Source: an uncultured Rikenellaceae bacterium | GTDB lineage: Bacteria > Bacteroidota > Bacteroidia > Bacteroidales > VadinHA17 | Direction: 5' to 3' | Assembly (NCBI GenBank): GCA_964634565.1 | Contig: CAZWLP010000006.1 | Span: 6,242-70,241 of the forward strand | DNA length: 64,000 nt | In this document: positions 1-9,042 of the stretch, one piece after another | Numbering within the stretch: position 1 is the stretch's first letter | Layout: every line of letters starts with the position of its first letter | Notes under the pieces: generated by a model | Told to the model about the DNA's origin: nothing | The model's database searches: none | What the model saw: only the letters and a program-made list of their open reading frames with translations | Program-made: the position numbers and the translations under genes

Positions 1-127
1 CAAGAGCAAGCTCATTTCTTCTTTTATCCTGTTCATTTTTAAAGCTTTGCTTTATGGCAAAGTAAGCAGTAATAAGTACAAGCAGGGCAGGGATTGTTAC
101 CAGTAGAATATCTTTTGCAGTTTCCAT
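1..127 (-). CDS. Hypothetical membrane protein, N-terminal fragment (continues beyond the window start)
   Basis: The reverse complement of 127..1 reads ATG GAA ACT..., giving METAKDILLVTIPALLVLITAYFAIKQSFKNEQDKRRNELAL. This is one hydrophobic helix followed by a charged segment, and the frame stays open to the window edge. It is too short for the ORF track. Confidence 0.35.
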   Translation of the reverse strand, partial: METAKDILLVTIPALLVLITAYFAIKQSFKNEQDKRRNELAL

Positions 128-172
128 TATTGATATTTTTTGAATCTATTACAAACCTATAATAAAAATTTG

Positions 173-244
173 AAGATTGTAAGATTATGGGATTGTAAGA
201 TTAAAAGATTAAAAGATTGTAAGATTATAAGATTATAAGATTGT
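173..244. repeat. Tandem array of nine 8-bp units, consensus AAGATTNN (aagattgt/aagattat/gggattgt/aagattaa...)
   Basis: Counted directly. Units start at 173, 181, 189, 197, 205, 213, 221, 229 and 237. The array lies in the divergent intergenic region upstream of the aminotransferase gene. Confidence 0.9.
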
Positions 245-270
245 ATGGTAATATTTCCTCTGCCCTTCCT

Positions 271-299
271 GCCCACCGATGCCTTCGGCGCAGGTGGGT
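271..299 (+). other. GC-rich stem-loop inside a polypyrimidine tract (possible 5' UTR structure)
   Basis: cccacc (272-277) is complementary to ggtggg (293-298). An inner gcc/ggc pair (281-283 with 287-289) is also possible. The hairpin sits in a C/T-rich region at 245-345 that contains rc-heptamers (ctcttac/ctcttat). Confidence 0.4.
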
Positions 300-435
300 G
301 CTCTTACCTCTTATCTCTTACCTTTATGCTCTTTTCCTGCCCTTCAACATACTCCTGAAAAGCTTTTCATTTATTGCTATAATAATTTCAACTAAACTGC
401 TAATTTTGCTTTTATTACATAAAAAATTCTTAGAA

Positions 436-1629
436 ATGGAATATCTATCTGATCGACTAAAATCATTATCAGTATCACAGACCCTTGCTATGGCTCAGAA
501 GAGTCGCGAGATGAAAGCAAAAGGTATTGATGTAATAAACCTTGCCATTGGTGAGCCCGATTTTCATACTCCTGATGATATAAAGGAAGCGGCAAAGAAG
601 GCTATAGACGATAATTATACATCTTATCCTCCCGTACCGGGTTATGCTGATTTGAGGGAAGCAATATCCCTTAAATTCAAGGAAGAAAACGGACTGGATT
701 ATTCACCTGAGCAAATAATAGTTTCAGGAGGTGGAAAGCATTCCCTGATTAATGTGATACTAACTATTGTGAACCCTGGTGATGAGGTTATTATTTTAGC
801 ACCCTACTGGGTAAGTTATTACGATCAGATTATCCTTGCAGAGGGAAAGCCGGTAATAATTAATACAACAATTGATAATGACTTTAAGGCAACAGCAGAA
901 GAGATTGAAGCAGCAATAACACCCAAAACCAGGGCAATACTGTTTAATTCGCCTTCTAATCCGACAGGAATGGTTTACACAAGGGATGAGATGGAGAGTA
1001 TAGCACGTGTAATTGAGAAACATGAAGGTGTTTTTGTGCTTTCCGATGAGATATATGAGCATATTACTTTTAGCGGAGAGCATATAAGTATGGCTTCATT
1101 TGATTTTATCTACGACAGGGTAATAACAATAAATGGAGTATCCAAGGGATATGCAATGACAGGCTGGAGGATAGGCTATATTGGTGCTCCTCTGTGGATA
1201 GCCAGGGGCGTTAATAAGCTGCAGGGACAGTTTACTTCAGGAGTATCATCAATATCACAGAGGGCTGCGCTGGCAGCAGTTACCTCAAAGACAGATTCAA
1301 AAGAGAAGATGAGAGATGCTTTTCTTAAAAGAAGGGATCTTGTTTGTGGTTTATTAGATGAGATAGATGGACTGAAGGTAAGAGTTCCACAGGGTGCTTT
1401 TTATGTATTCCCGGAAGTAAGCTATTTTGTAGGTAAGAGTGATGGGGAAAATGTAATAAAAGATTCTACTGATCTGGCAATGTATTTACTCGAGAAGGCT
1501 CATGTTGCTACAGTGGGTGGTGCAGGTTTCGGCTCTCCCGATTGCCTGAGGCTTTCATACGCAGCATCAGATCAGGAACTTATTGAAGCAATCAGGCGGA
1601 TTAAAGAGGCACTGGCTAAGCTAAAATAG
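436..1629 (+). CDS. Aspartate (or aspartate/prephenate) aminotransferase, class I PLP enzyme
   Basis: The ORF is 241..1629, but homology-like sequence begins at the ATG at 436 (MEYLSDRLKSLSVSQTLAM...). It carries INLAIGEPDF, NSPSNPTG and the PLP-lysine motif SKGYAMTGWRIGY. The upstream 65 codons are polypyrimidine low complexity and start at TTG. Confidence 0.85.
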   Translation: MEYLSDRLKSLSVSQTLAMAQKSREMKAKGIDVINLAIGEPDFHTPDDIKEAAKKAIDDNYTSYPPVPGYADLREAISLKFKEENGLDYSPEQIIVSGGGKHSLINVILTIVNPGDEVIILAPYWVSYYDQIILAEGKPVIINTTIDNDFKATAEEIEAAITPKTRAILFNSPSNPTGMVYTRDEMESIARVIEKHEGVFVLSDEIYEHITFSGEHISMASFDFIYDRVITINGVSKGYAMTGWRIGYIGAPLWIARGVNKLQGQFTSGVSSISQRAALAAVTSKTDSKEKMRDAFLKRRDLVCGLLDEIDGLKVRVPQGAFYVFPEVSYFVGKSDGENVIKDSTDLAMYLLEKAHVATVGGAGFGSPDCLRLSYAASDQELIEAIRRIKEALAKLK

Positions 1630-1691
1630 TTACAGGTTACTAGTTGCAAGATGCAAGTTACTAGTTACAAGTTGCAAGTTTAACCTGCAAT
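1629..1691. repeat. Tandem array of nine 7-bp units (gttacag/gttacta/gttgcaa/gatgcaa/gttacta/gttacaa/gttgcaa/gtttaac/ctgcaat)
   Basis: Counted directly. The array fills the gap between two convergent stop codons. caggtta (1633-1639) and taacctg (1680-1686) are reverse complements, and ttgcaa is palindromic, so the array can fold. Confidence 0.85.
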
Positions 1692-1704
1692 CAGAAAACT
1701 GTAC

Positions 1705-2256
1705 CTAGTAACTATTATACGAAACCACATCATCAAATGCCCTCCTGCTTTTGTTCCTGGTTGGTTTGGCAGGGTAGCCTACTGCTATTAGCAGTTCGGC
1801 TCTTTTGTTTGCAGGTATATTCAGCAGCTTTTTGACTTCTTTTTCATTAAACCACCCCAGCATACAGCTTCCAAGCCCTTCAGCAGCGGCCTGGAGGCAA
1901 ATGTTCTCGGCAGCAATACCAACATCAATAAGAGAATAATCCTTATCCTTTATGGCTCCGCCAACCTGTGCGATTGGTTTTGATTTCTCCCTTACAATAA
2001 CAATAAATACAGGTACCTGATCGGTAAAGCGGTTAAACCCCAGTGCCTTGGCAGATGCTGCCTCTGATACCTTTTTTAATAACTCAGGATCGTCTACGAC
2101 TATAAACTTCCATGGTTGTGAATTACAGGCCGAAGGGGCCAGTCTGCCTGCTTCAAGCATCCGTTCCAGCTTCTCTTTCTCAACCTGCTTATTGATATAT
2201 GCTCTATCGCTTTGCCTGCTGCTTATTCGGGCTAGCATTTCTTCGCCACTAATCAT
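1705..2256 (-). CDS. Nitroreductase family protein
   Basis: 183 aa. The RLAPSACNSQPWKFIVV motif is typical of the NADH oxidase/flavin nitroreductase fold. Confidence 0.75.
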   Translation of the reverse strand: MISGEEMLARISSRQSDRAYINKQVEKEKLERMLEAGRLAPSACNSQPWKFIVVDDPELLKKVSEAASAKALGFNRFTDQVPVFIVIVREKSKPIAQVGGAIKDKDYSLIDVGIAAENICLQAAAEGLGSCMLGWFNEKEVKKLLNIPANKRAELLIAVGYPAKPTRNKSRRAFDDVVSYNSY

Positions 2257-2285
2257 ATTGTTGTATTTGATAAACTTATTTAACC

Positions 2286-2924
2286 TTATTTACTGTCTTG
2301 TCCTTTCCAGAGAAACTTATTTTCCTCTCCTCTCCAAAGTTTGATAATATTCTTTTTATGTGTCAGGATAATTGCTGCCCCGATTAGAATTGAAAATATC
2401 TTAAATATCAACGAGGGAGTATCAAATAAGAATAGAAGAAAGAGAGGAAAAGACAGTCCGGCCGACATTGAACTTACAGAAACATAGCCTGTTATAAGCA
2501 GAACAATCAGAAATACAACAAAGCACGATATTGTAATAAGCGGGCTTAGTGAAAGTAGTACACCAAAAGTAGTTGCAACTCCCTTTCCTCCTTTAAATCC
2601 GGCAAATGCAGGGAATACATGACCTGCTATTGCAATTGATCCGGTAAGTATTTGAAGATTTACCAGTTCAGCAGATCCGCTTTCAGCCAGGTTGAAAATA
2701 AAGGGGAGGCTTGCTGCCAGCCATCCCTTACCAATATCAATAATTAATACCGGTATACCGGTGCTCCAGCCAAGTACCCTTATCGTATTTGTCGCACCTG
2801 CATTACCACTTCCGTGATCACGGATATCCAGGTTGTGGAATAGTTTTCCAGCCCATACAGCAGTGGCAATTGAGCCAAGTGCATAGGCTGCAAGGCAGGT
2901 AAGTATTAGCAGTTTAACATTCAT
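2286..2924 (-). CDS. plsY: Glycerol-3-phosphate acyltransferase PlsY
   Basis: 212-aa polytopic membrane protein with the GSGNAGATN and FKGGKGVAT motifs. Confidence 0.85.
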   Translation of the reverse strand: MNVKLLILTCLAAYALGSIATAVWAGKLFHNLDIRDHGSGNAGATNTIRVLGWSTGIPVLIIDIGKGWLAASLPFIFNLAESGSAELVNLQILTGSIAIAGHVFPAFAGFKGGKGVATTFGVLLSLSPLITISCFVVFLIVLLITGYVSVSSMSAGLSFPLFLLFLFDTPSLIFKIFSILIGAAIILTHKKNIIKLWRGEENKFLWKGQDSK

Positions 2925-2938
2925 AATATTTGCTGAAA

Positions 2939-4558
2939 TTAGAGCACAGGTCCATATTGCATCATCTCTTTTATCCGGTCATTATATGTAAACCTCTGGA
3001 AATTTTCTATAAACAGGTCAGCCAGGTTAACTGCAGCAATATGCCATTCCTTAGGACTTGACCATGAGTTTCTCGGATCAAGAAGATTTGTATCAACCCC
3101 TTCTAGCCTGTCGGGGATTGACAATCCAAATACAGGGATATCACTGAACGATGCCTCGTTAATTGATCCATCAAGAATGGAGTTGATAATTGTACGGGTT
3201 GGTTTAATGTCTATTCTGTTTCCTACTCCATATTTTCCTCCTACCCATCCTGTATTTACGAGCCATGCATCAGCATTGTGTTGCTCCATCTTTCTTATCA
3301 GCTCATGGGCGTATATTGAAGGGTCAAGTAGCAGGAAGGCAGCACCAAAACAGGCTGAAAATGATGGCACCGGTTCTTTGATCCCCAGTTCTGTACCTGC
3401 AACTTTCGCAGTATATCCGCTTACAAAGTAATAGCCTGTCTGTCCCTTGCTAAGCTTTGAGACAGGAGGAAGAACACCAAAGGCATCTGCTGTTAAGAAT
3501 ATTACTTTCTGAGCATGGCCGGCCTTTGATACAGGCTTAACAATATTCTTAATATGGTAAATAGGGTATGAAACTCTTGTGTTTTCAGTTTTCCTGTTAT
3601 CATCAAAATTTATCTTACCGTCGCGGTGTACTACAACATTCTCAAGCAGGGCATCCCTTTTAATAGCATTATATATATCCGGTTCCTTGTCTTTGCTAAG
3701 ATGGATGCACTTAGCATAACAACCTCCCTCAAAATTAAAAATACCATCGTCATCCCAGCCGTGCTCATCATCACCTATCAATGCCCTGTCCGGGTCGGTC
3801 GATAATGTTGTTTTACCGGTACCTGACAGACCAAAGAATATAGCAACGTCACCTTTTTTCCCGACATTTGCCGAGCAATGCATAGCGGCAATACCCTGTA
3901 AGGGCAGGTAGTAGTTCATTACCGAGAATATTCCTTTTTTCATCTCACCGCCATACCATGATCCACCAACGACAGCCATTCCCTTTGTAAGGTCGAAAAA
4001 AACAAAAGTATCTGAATGAAGGCCCATCTCTTTCCAGTCGGGGTTGTTGGTTTTAGATGCGGTAAGAAAGACAAAATCTGGTTCAAAACTTTCAAGCTCT
4101 TCCTCAGTTGGCCTGATAAACATATTTTTAACAAAGTGTGCCTGCCAGGCCACTTCCATTATAAATCTTACCCTAAGGCGGGTGGACTCATTGGCTCCGC
4201 AGTAACAGTCTACCACAAATAACCTTTTTTCAGACAATTGTCTGGCAGCGAGTTTGTGACAATGATCCCATGTTTTCTGGTCTATAGGTTTATTATCAGA
4301 AACAATAGAATTGTCAGTTTTCCACCAGACAGTATCTTTTGTCTTTTCATCCTTAACAATATATTTATCCTTTGGCGATCTTCCGGTATATATACCTGTA
4401 TCAACAGCAACTGCTCCGCTTTTGGTAATGAGCCCCATCTCAAATCTTTCAAGGCCGGACCTGGTTTCTTCAATAAATAGTTTTTCATAACCGGGATTAT
4501 AGATTATCTCAACTGGGTCAGAAATACCATAGCCTGCAAGAGCATCTTTAGTAATCAT
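2939..4558 (-). CDS. pckA: Phosphoenolpyruvate carboxykinase (ATP)
   Basis: 539 aa. Kinase-1a motif [11 protein letters not shown], plus IGDDEHGW and length typical of ATP-PEPCK. Confidence 0.93.
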   Translation of the reverse strand: MITKDALAGYGISDPVEIIYNPGYEKLFIEETRSGLERFEMGLITKSGAVAVDTGIYTGRSPKDKYIVKDEKTKDTVWWKTDNSIVSDNKPIDQKTWDHCHKLAARQLSEKRLFVVDCYCGANESTRLRVRFIMEVAWQAHFVKNMFIRPTEEELESFEPDFVFLTASKTNNPDWKEMGLHSDTFVFFDLTKGMAVVGGSWYGGEMKKGIFSVMNYYLPLQGIAAMHCSANVGKKGDVAIFFGLSGTGKTTLSTDPDRALIGDDEHGWDDDGIFNFEGGCYAKCIHLSKDKEPDIYNAIKRDALLENVVVHRDGKINFDDNRKTENTRVSYPIYHIKNIVKPVSKAGHAQKVIFLTADAFGVLPPVSKLSKGQTGYYFVSGYTAKVAGTELGIKEPVPSFSACFGAAFLLLDPSIYAHELIRKMEQHNADAWLVNTGWVGGKYGVGNRIDIKPTRTIINSILDGSINEASFSDIPVFGLSIPDRLEGVDTNLLDPRNSWSSPKEWHIAAVNLADLFIENFQRFTYNDRIKEMMQYGPVL

Positions 4559-4748
4559 ATCGGCGGTGTTTTTAGGGTTAATAATTTATAATATTAGATG
4601 TAATTGTATCAAAGGTAATAAAATCAAAAATAGTTCTGAATCTAAAAAAGATGTTCCTGCCTTAATTTAACCTGATGGGATTGAATTAATGAACAAACAT
4701 GCCTCTTTAAAGGTTTGTATAATAAATAATTATTATAAATATAGAAAT

Positions 4749-5342
4749 ATGAAAAAGTTAGTTTTTAGTATTATAATGCAACTGGTAATTGTATTTATGT
4801 TTTCTACTGTGCTATCCGCGCAGGATTATAATGTTAATACAGATAAAACTGTAGTAAACTGGGAAGGCTCAAAAGTTGTTGCCGGATCTCATGAAGGAAG
4901 CATTCAGGTAAAGTCCGGAAATCTTTTATTAAAGGAAGGGCTAATTGTTTCAGGTAAGGTCCTTATTGATATGACAACTATAATTGATACCGACCTGGAG
5001 GGTGCAATGAAGGAAAAACTGGAAGGTCATCTTAAATCTGATGATTTTTTTGGTGTCGGTAAATTTCCCGAGGCAAGTCTTGAAGTGAAAGACTCTGAAA
5101 GAATTGATGCTAATAAAATAAGGGTAAATGGAATGCTTACAATAAAGGGGCATACAAATCCTGTAAGCTTTGAAAGCTCAGTAGATAAGGTTGATGATGC
5201 CATATTGTTTGAGGGTAGTATGGAGATTGACAGATCTCTGTATGATGTTCGTTTTGGTTCTGGTAAATTCTTCGATAATCTTGGAGATAAGGCTATAAAT
5301 GATATCTTTACTCTTCAATTCGAGCTTCTCCTGGAGAAATAG
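4749..5342 (+). CDS. YceI family periplasmic polyisoprenoid-binding protein
   Basis: Start taken at the ATG at 4749 (MKKLVFSIIMQLVIVFMFSTVLSA, a signal peptide). The body resembles YceI (VNWEGSK...HEG..., GHTNPVSF). Confidence 0.7.
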   Translation: MKKLVFSIIMQLVIVFMFSTVLSAQDYNVNTDKTVVNWEGSKVVAGSHEGSIQVKSGNLLLKEGLIVSGKVLIDMTTIIDTDLEGAMKEKLEGHLKSDDFFGVGKFPEASLEVKDSERIDANKIRVNGMLTIKGHTNPVSFESSVDKVDDAILFEGSMEIDRSLYDVRFGSGKFFDNLGDKAINDIFTLQFELLLEK

Positions 5343-5380
5343 TGGAGGAGCACTATTTTTAACCAACCTTAAGAATAATT

Positions 5381-5959
5381 ATGGATAAGAGTATTAAAGG
5401 AAGTGAAACAGAAAAGAATTTATTAAAAGCATTTGCCGGCGAATCTCAGGCTAAGAACAGGTATGAATTTGCAGCCAAGGTTGCCAAAAAAGAAGGTTAT
5501 GAGCAGATATCTGCAATATTTCTTGAAACAGCAATGCAGGAGCAAACTCATGCAAAAAGGTTTTTTAAGTTTCTTGAAGGTGGTGGAGTGGAAATAACAG
5601 CCATGTATCCTGCGGGCATTATTGGAACAACCAGTGAAAACCTGGAACATGCTGCTGAAGGTGAACATGAGGAATGGGCTGAGTTATATCCTGAATTTGC
5701 AAGGATAGCCGAGGAAGAAGGATTTAAGGAGGTCTCTGTTGCTTTTAAAGCAATTGCCAAAGCCGAGAAAGTGCACGAAGACAGGTATCGTAAATTGCTT
5801 GAAAATCTTATGGGCAACAGGGTATTTGAAAGAGAGGACAAGGTTTTCTGGTATTGCAGGAAATGCGGATATGTTCACTTTAGTAAAAAGCCCCTGAAGA
5901 ATTGTCCGGCATGTCTCCATCCTTATACTTATACTGAGATATTCTCGGAGAACTACTAA
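5381..5959 (+). CDS. rbr: Rubrerythrin
   Basis: 192 aa. N-terminal diiron four-helix ferritin-like domain (E..E..H motifs) plus a C-terminal rubredoxin-like CRKCGY...CPAC. Confidence 0.9.
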   Translation: MDKSIKGSETEKNLLKAFAGESQAKNRYEFAAKVAKKEGYEQISAIFLETAMQEQTHAKRFFKFLEGGGVEITAMYPAGIIGTTSENLEHAAEGEHEEWAELYPEFARIAEEEGFKEVSVAFKAIAKAEKVHEDRYRKLLENLMGNRVFEREDKVFWYCRKCGYVHFSKKPLKNCPACLHPYTYTEIFSENY

Positions 5960-6001
5960 TAGCAAAGAGGTAAGGGCGAAGTGCTAAGAGCAAAGAAAAA
6001 A

Positions 6002-6025
6002 GGCGTTGAATTTCAACGCCTTTTT
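6002..6025. terminator. Bidirectional rho-independent terminator between rubrerythrin (+) and ppdK (-)
   Basis: ggcgttg (6002-6008) pairs with caacgcc (6014-6020). An A-run lies upstream (5996-6001) and a T-run downstream (6021-6025). Confidence 0.75.
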
Positions 6026-6040
6026 CTTTTATCAGTAAAG

Positions 6041-6064
6041 AATCTTTAATCTTATAATCTTATA
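6041..6064. repeat. Three 8-bp units AATCTTNN, the reverse complement of the AAGATTNN array at 173-244
   Basis: aatcttta/aatcttat/aatcttat. The reverse complement of 6046-6064 is identical to 224-242 (attataagattataagatt, 19 nt). Confidence 0.85.
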
Positions 6065-6065
6065 A

Positions 6066-8774
6066 TTATTTTATATTCGCCTGTGCTGCTGCCAGCCTTG
6101 CGATAGGAACCCTGAAAGGTGAACAACTGACATAGTCCATACCTACAGAGTCGCAGAATTCAACAGAACTTGGCTCACCACCATGTTCGCCGCATATTCC
6201 AACTTTAAGATTCGGATTTGCTGATCGACCTCTTTCAGTACCCATTCTTACCAGCTGTCCTACACCTTCCTGGTCGAGTACCTGGAAGGGATCGTTCTTA
6301 AGGATTCCTTTTTCGAGATAGACAGGCAGGAATTTGCCGGCGTCATCGCGCGAATATCCGAAAGCCATCTGTGTAAGGTCGTTTGTTCCGAAAGAGAAGA
6401 ACTCAGCAACTTCACCAATTTTATCAGCTGTAAGTGCTGCTCTTGGTATTTCGATCATTGTACCCACCAGGTAGTCTACTTTAATACCTTTTTCCTCAAA
6501 AACCTTATTTGCAGTATCCCTTATAATAGTTTCCTGTAGCTTGTATTCCTCAACTGTTCCAATCAGGGGAACCATTATTTCAGGTTTTGCATCAACTCCT
6601 TGAGATTTCAGGTTACATGCTGCCTCAATAATAGCTCTTGCCTGCATCTCTGTAATTTCAGGGTAGGTGTTACCCAGTCTGCAACCACGGTGACCGAGCA
6701 TAGGGTTAAATTCGTGAAGCGATTCAACTTTTGCTTTTACAGCCTCAGCAGAAATACCCATTTCGGCAGCCATCTCGGCCTGGTTTTCTTCCTCGTGAGG
6801 AACAAATTCATGGAGTGGTGGATCAAGCAAACGAATTGTTACTCCATATCCTGCCATTGCCTTAAGTATCCCTTCAAAGTCATCTCTCTGATAGGGTAGA
6901 AGCTTTTCAAGAGCTTTCCTGCGATCAACTTCATCATCTGCAAGTATCATTTCTCTCATTGCCATTATTCTTTCTCCCTCGAAGAACATGTGTTCGGTAC
7001 GGCAAAGTCCGATACCCTTTGCCCCAAAATTTCTTGCTATCTGTGAGTCATGAGGACTATCGGCATTAGTCCTGACATCCATCCTTGTATATTTGTCAGC
7101 AATCTCCATAATACGTCCGAAATCACCACCAAGTACCGGGTCTATTGTATCTACCTTACCCTTGTATACTTCTCCTGTACTGCCATTAAGTGATATCCAG
7201 TCTCCTTCATAAAATACCATTCCGCCGGCCTTCATTGTCCTGGCCTTATAATCGATATAAATGCCACCGGCACCTGATACACAACATTTACCCATTCCGC
7301 GGGCCACAACTGCTGCATGAGAAGTCATTCCTCCTCTGGCAGTAAGTATGCCCCTTGCTATATTCATTCCTTCCAGATCTTCAGGAGATGTTTCTATTCT
7401 TACAAGAAGAGATTCTTTATATTTTGATGCTTCGTCGGCAAAGAAAACTATACGACCGGTTGCTGCTCCAGGAGAAGCTGGAAGACCTTTTGCTACAGTA
7501 GTTGCCTTCTCTAGAGCTGATTCGGCGAAAACCGGGTGCAATAATTCATCAAGTTTATTTGGTTCCTGGCGAAGCAGGGCCGTTTTCTCATCAATCTTAC
7601 CCTCATCAAGAAGGTCGATTGCAATCTTAACCATTGCTGCGCCGGTTCTTTTCCCGTTTCTTGTTTGAAGCAACCAGAGCTTACCATCCTGTATGGTAAA
7701 CTCCAGATCCTGCATATCGGAATAGTGATTCTCAAGAGTCTTTTGTGTATTAAACAGTTCCTTGTAGACCTCAGGCATAACCTCCTCGAGTGATGGAAAC
7801 TCTTCCCTTCGATCTTCTTCGCTTACATCTGCAAGTAGGGCCCATCTTTTCGATCCTTCAAGAGTTATCTGCTGAGGTGTACGTACCCCTGCAACAACGT
7901 CTTCGCCCTGGGCATCAATCAGGTATTCTCCGTTAAAGATATTTTCTCCGGTACCGGCATCACGTGTAAAGGCAACCCCTGTACCTGAATTTTGTCCCAT
8001 ATTTCCGAATACCATTGCCTGGACATTAACAGCTGTACCCCATTCTTCAGGTATATGGTTAAGCTGGCGGTAATAAATTGCCCTGTCATTCATCCAGCTA
8101 TCAAATACGGCACATACTGATCCCCAAAGCTGTTCCCATGGATCGGCAGGGAAGTCTTTCCCCGTCTTATTTTTTACTGCTTTTTTGAATTTAACTACAA
8201 GATTTTTAAGATCATCAACTGTAAGCTCATTATCGTTCATAACATTTCGCTCCATCTTCATCTCTTCGATGATCTCTTCGAATGGATCAACATCTTCCTT
8301 TGATTCGGGTTTTAATCCCAGTACAACATCACCATACATCTGTACAAATCTTCTGTATGAGTCCCATGCAAACCTTTCGTTACCTGTCTTTTTTATTAGT
8401 CCCTCTACTGAGTCATCATTCATTCCCAGGTTAAGTACTGTATCCATCATCCCTGGCATTGATACCCTGGCTCCTGATCTGACAGAAACCAGACAGGGAT
8501 TGTCCTTGCTGCCAAATTTTGTACCCATAATGGATTCAATATTCGCAATGGCAGCTTCAACTTCATCTTTAAGTAACTCGACTACTTTCTCCTGACCATA
8601 TTTATTATATTCAGTACATACCTCGGTTGTAATAGCAAATCCCGGAGGTACAGGTACCCCTATCAGGTTCATTTCACATAAATTTGCTCCCTTGCCACCC
8701 AGCAGGTTTTTCATCCCTGCATTACCTTCAGCTTTCTTATCGCCGAAAGTGTAAACTCTTTTAACCTTTGACAT
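6066..8774 (-). CDS. ppdK: Pyruvate, phosphate dikinase
   Basis: 902 aa. Carries the phosphohistidine motif GGMTSHAAVVARGMGK and a C-terminal PEP-utilising TIM-barrel domain (FFSFGTNDLTQ). Confidence 0.95.
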   Translation of the reverse strand: MSKVKRVYTFGDKKAEGNAGMKNLLGGKGANLCEMNLIGVPVPPGFAITTEVCTEYNKYGQEKVVELLKDEVEAAIANIESIMGTKFGSKDNPCLVSVRSGARVSMPGMMDTVLNLGMNDDSVEGLIKKTGNERFAWDSYRRFVQMYGDVVLGLKPESKEDVDPFEEIIEEMKMERNVMNDNELTVDDLKNLVVKFKKAVKNKTGKDFPADPWEQLWGSVCAVFDSWMNDRAIYYRQLNHIPEEWGTAVNVQAMVFGNMGQNSGTGVAFTRDAGTGENIFNGEYLIDAQGEDVVAGVRTPQQITLEGSKRWALLADVSEEDRREEFPSLEEVMPEVYKELFNTQKTLENHYSDMQDLEFTIQDGKLWLLQTRNGKRTGAAMVKIAIDLLDEGKIDEKTALLRQEPNKLDELLHPVFAESALEKATTVAKGLPASPGAATGRIVFFADEASKYKESLLVRIETSPEDLEGMNIARGILTARGGMTSHAAVVARGMGKCCVSGAGGIYIDYKARTMKAGGMVFYEGDWISLNGSTGEVYKGKVDTIDPVLGGDFGRIMEIADKYTRMDVRTNADSPHDSQIARNFGAKGIGLCRTEHMFFEGERIMAMREMILADDEVDRRKALEKLLPYQRDDFEGILKAMAGYGVTIRLLDPPLHEFVPHEEENQAEMAAEMGISAEAVKAKVESLHEFNPMLGHRGCRLGNTYPEITEMQARAIIEAACNLKSQGVDAKPEIMVPLIGTVEEYKLQETIIRDTANKVFEEKGIKVDYLVGTMIEIPRAALTADKIGEVAEFFSFGTNDLTQMAFGYSRDDAGKFLPVYLEKGILKNDPFQVLDQEGVGQLVRMGTERGRSANPNLKVGICGEHGGEPSSVEFCDSVGMDYVSCSPFRVPIARLAAAQANIK

Positions 8775-9042
8775 AATTCTATTATTTATTCAATTTATTT
8801 TACGTTCAAAATAAGTCGCAAATTTACGAAAATTATCCCAGAATATTGTAGATTTATTAATATTTTATTTAAAGGCTAAAACTCAGATAATCATATTTTT
8901 AGATATAAAAAGGTTTGGAAGAGCCAAAGTAAAATATTACACTTGATAAAATGAGTGAACATATCTAATTATCAACATAATTTTAGATATATTTTTTGGC
9001 TGGCAAAAGTCTTTTTATCAATGTAGCAAGGTATATGCGGTT

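Noticed and set aside
173-244. Possible CRISPR array
   Set aside because: The units are only 8 bp and directly abutting with no spacers. No cas genes are present. This is a microsatellite-like tandem repeat.
241-435. N-terminal 65-codon extension of the aminotransferase ORF (TTG start at 241)
   Set aside because: The extension is polypyrimidine low complexity and overlaps the repeat and hairpin element. Aminotransferase-like sequence starts only at the ATG at 436.
173-6064. Inverted AAGATTNN arrays as ends of an invertible or transposable 5.8-kb segment
   Set aside because: The enclosed genes are housekeeping (aminotransferase, plsY, pckA, rubrerythrin). There is no transposase or invertase and no target-site duplication. 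A dispersed intergenic repeat family explains the arrays better.
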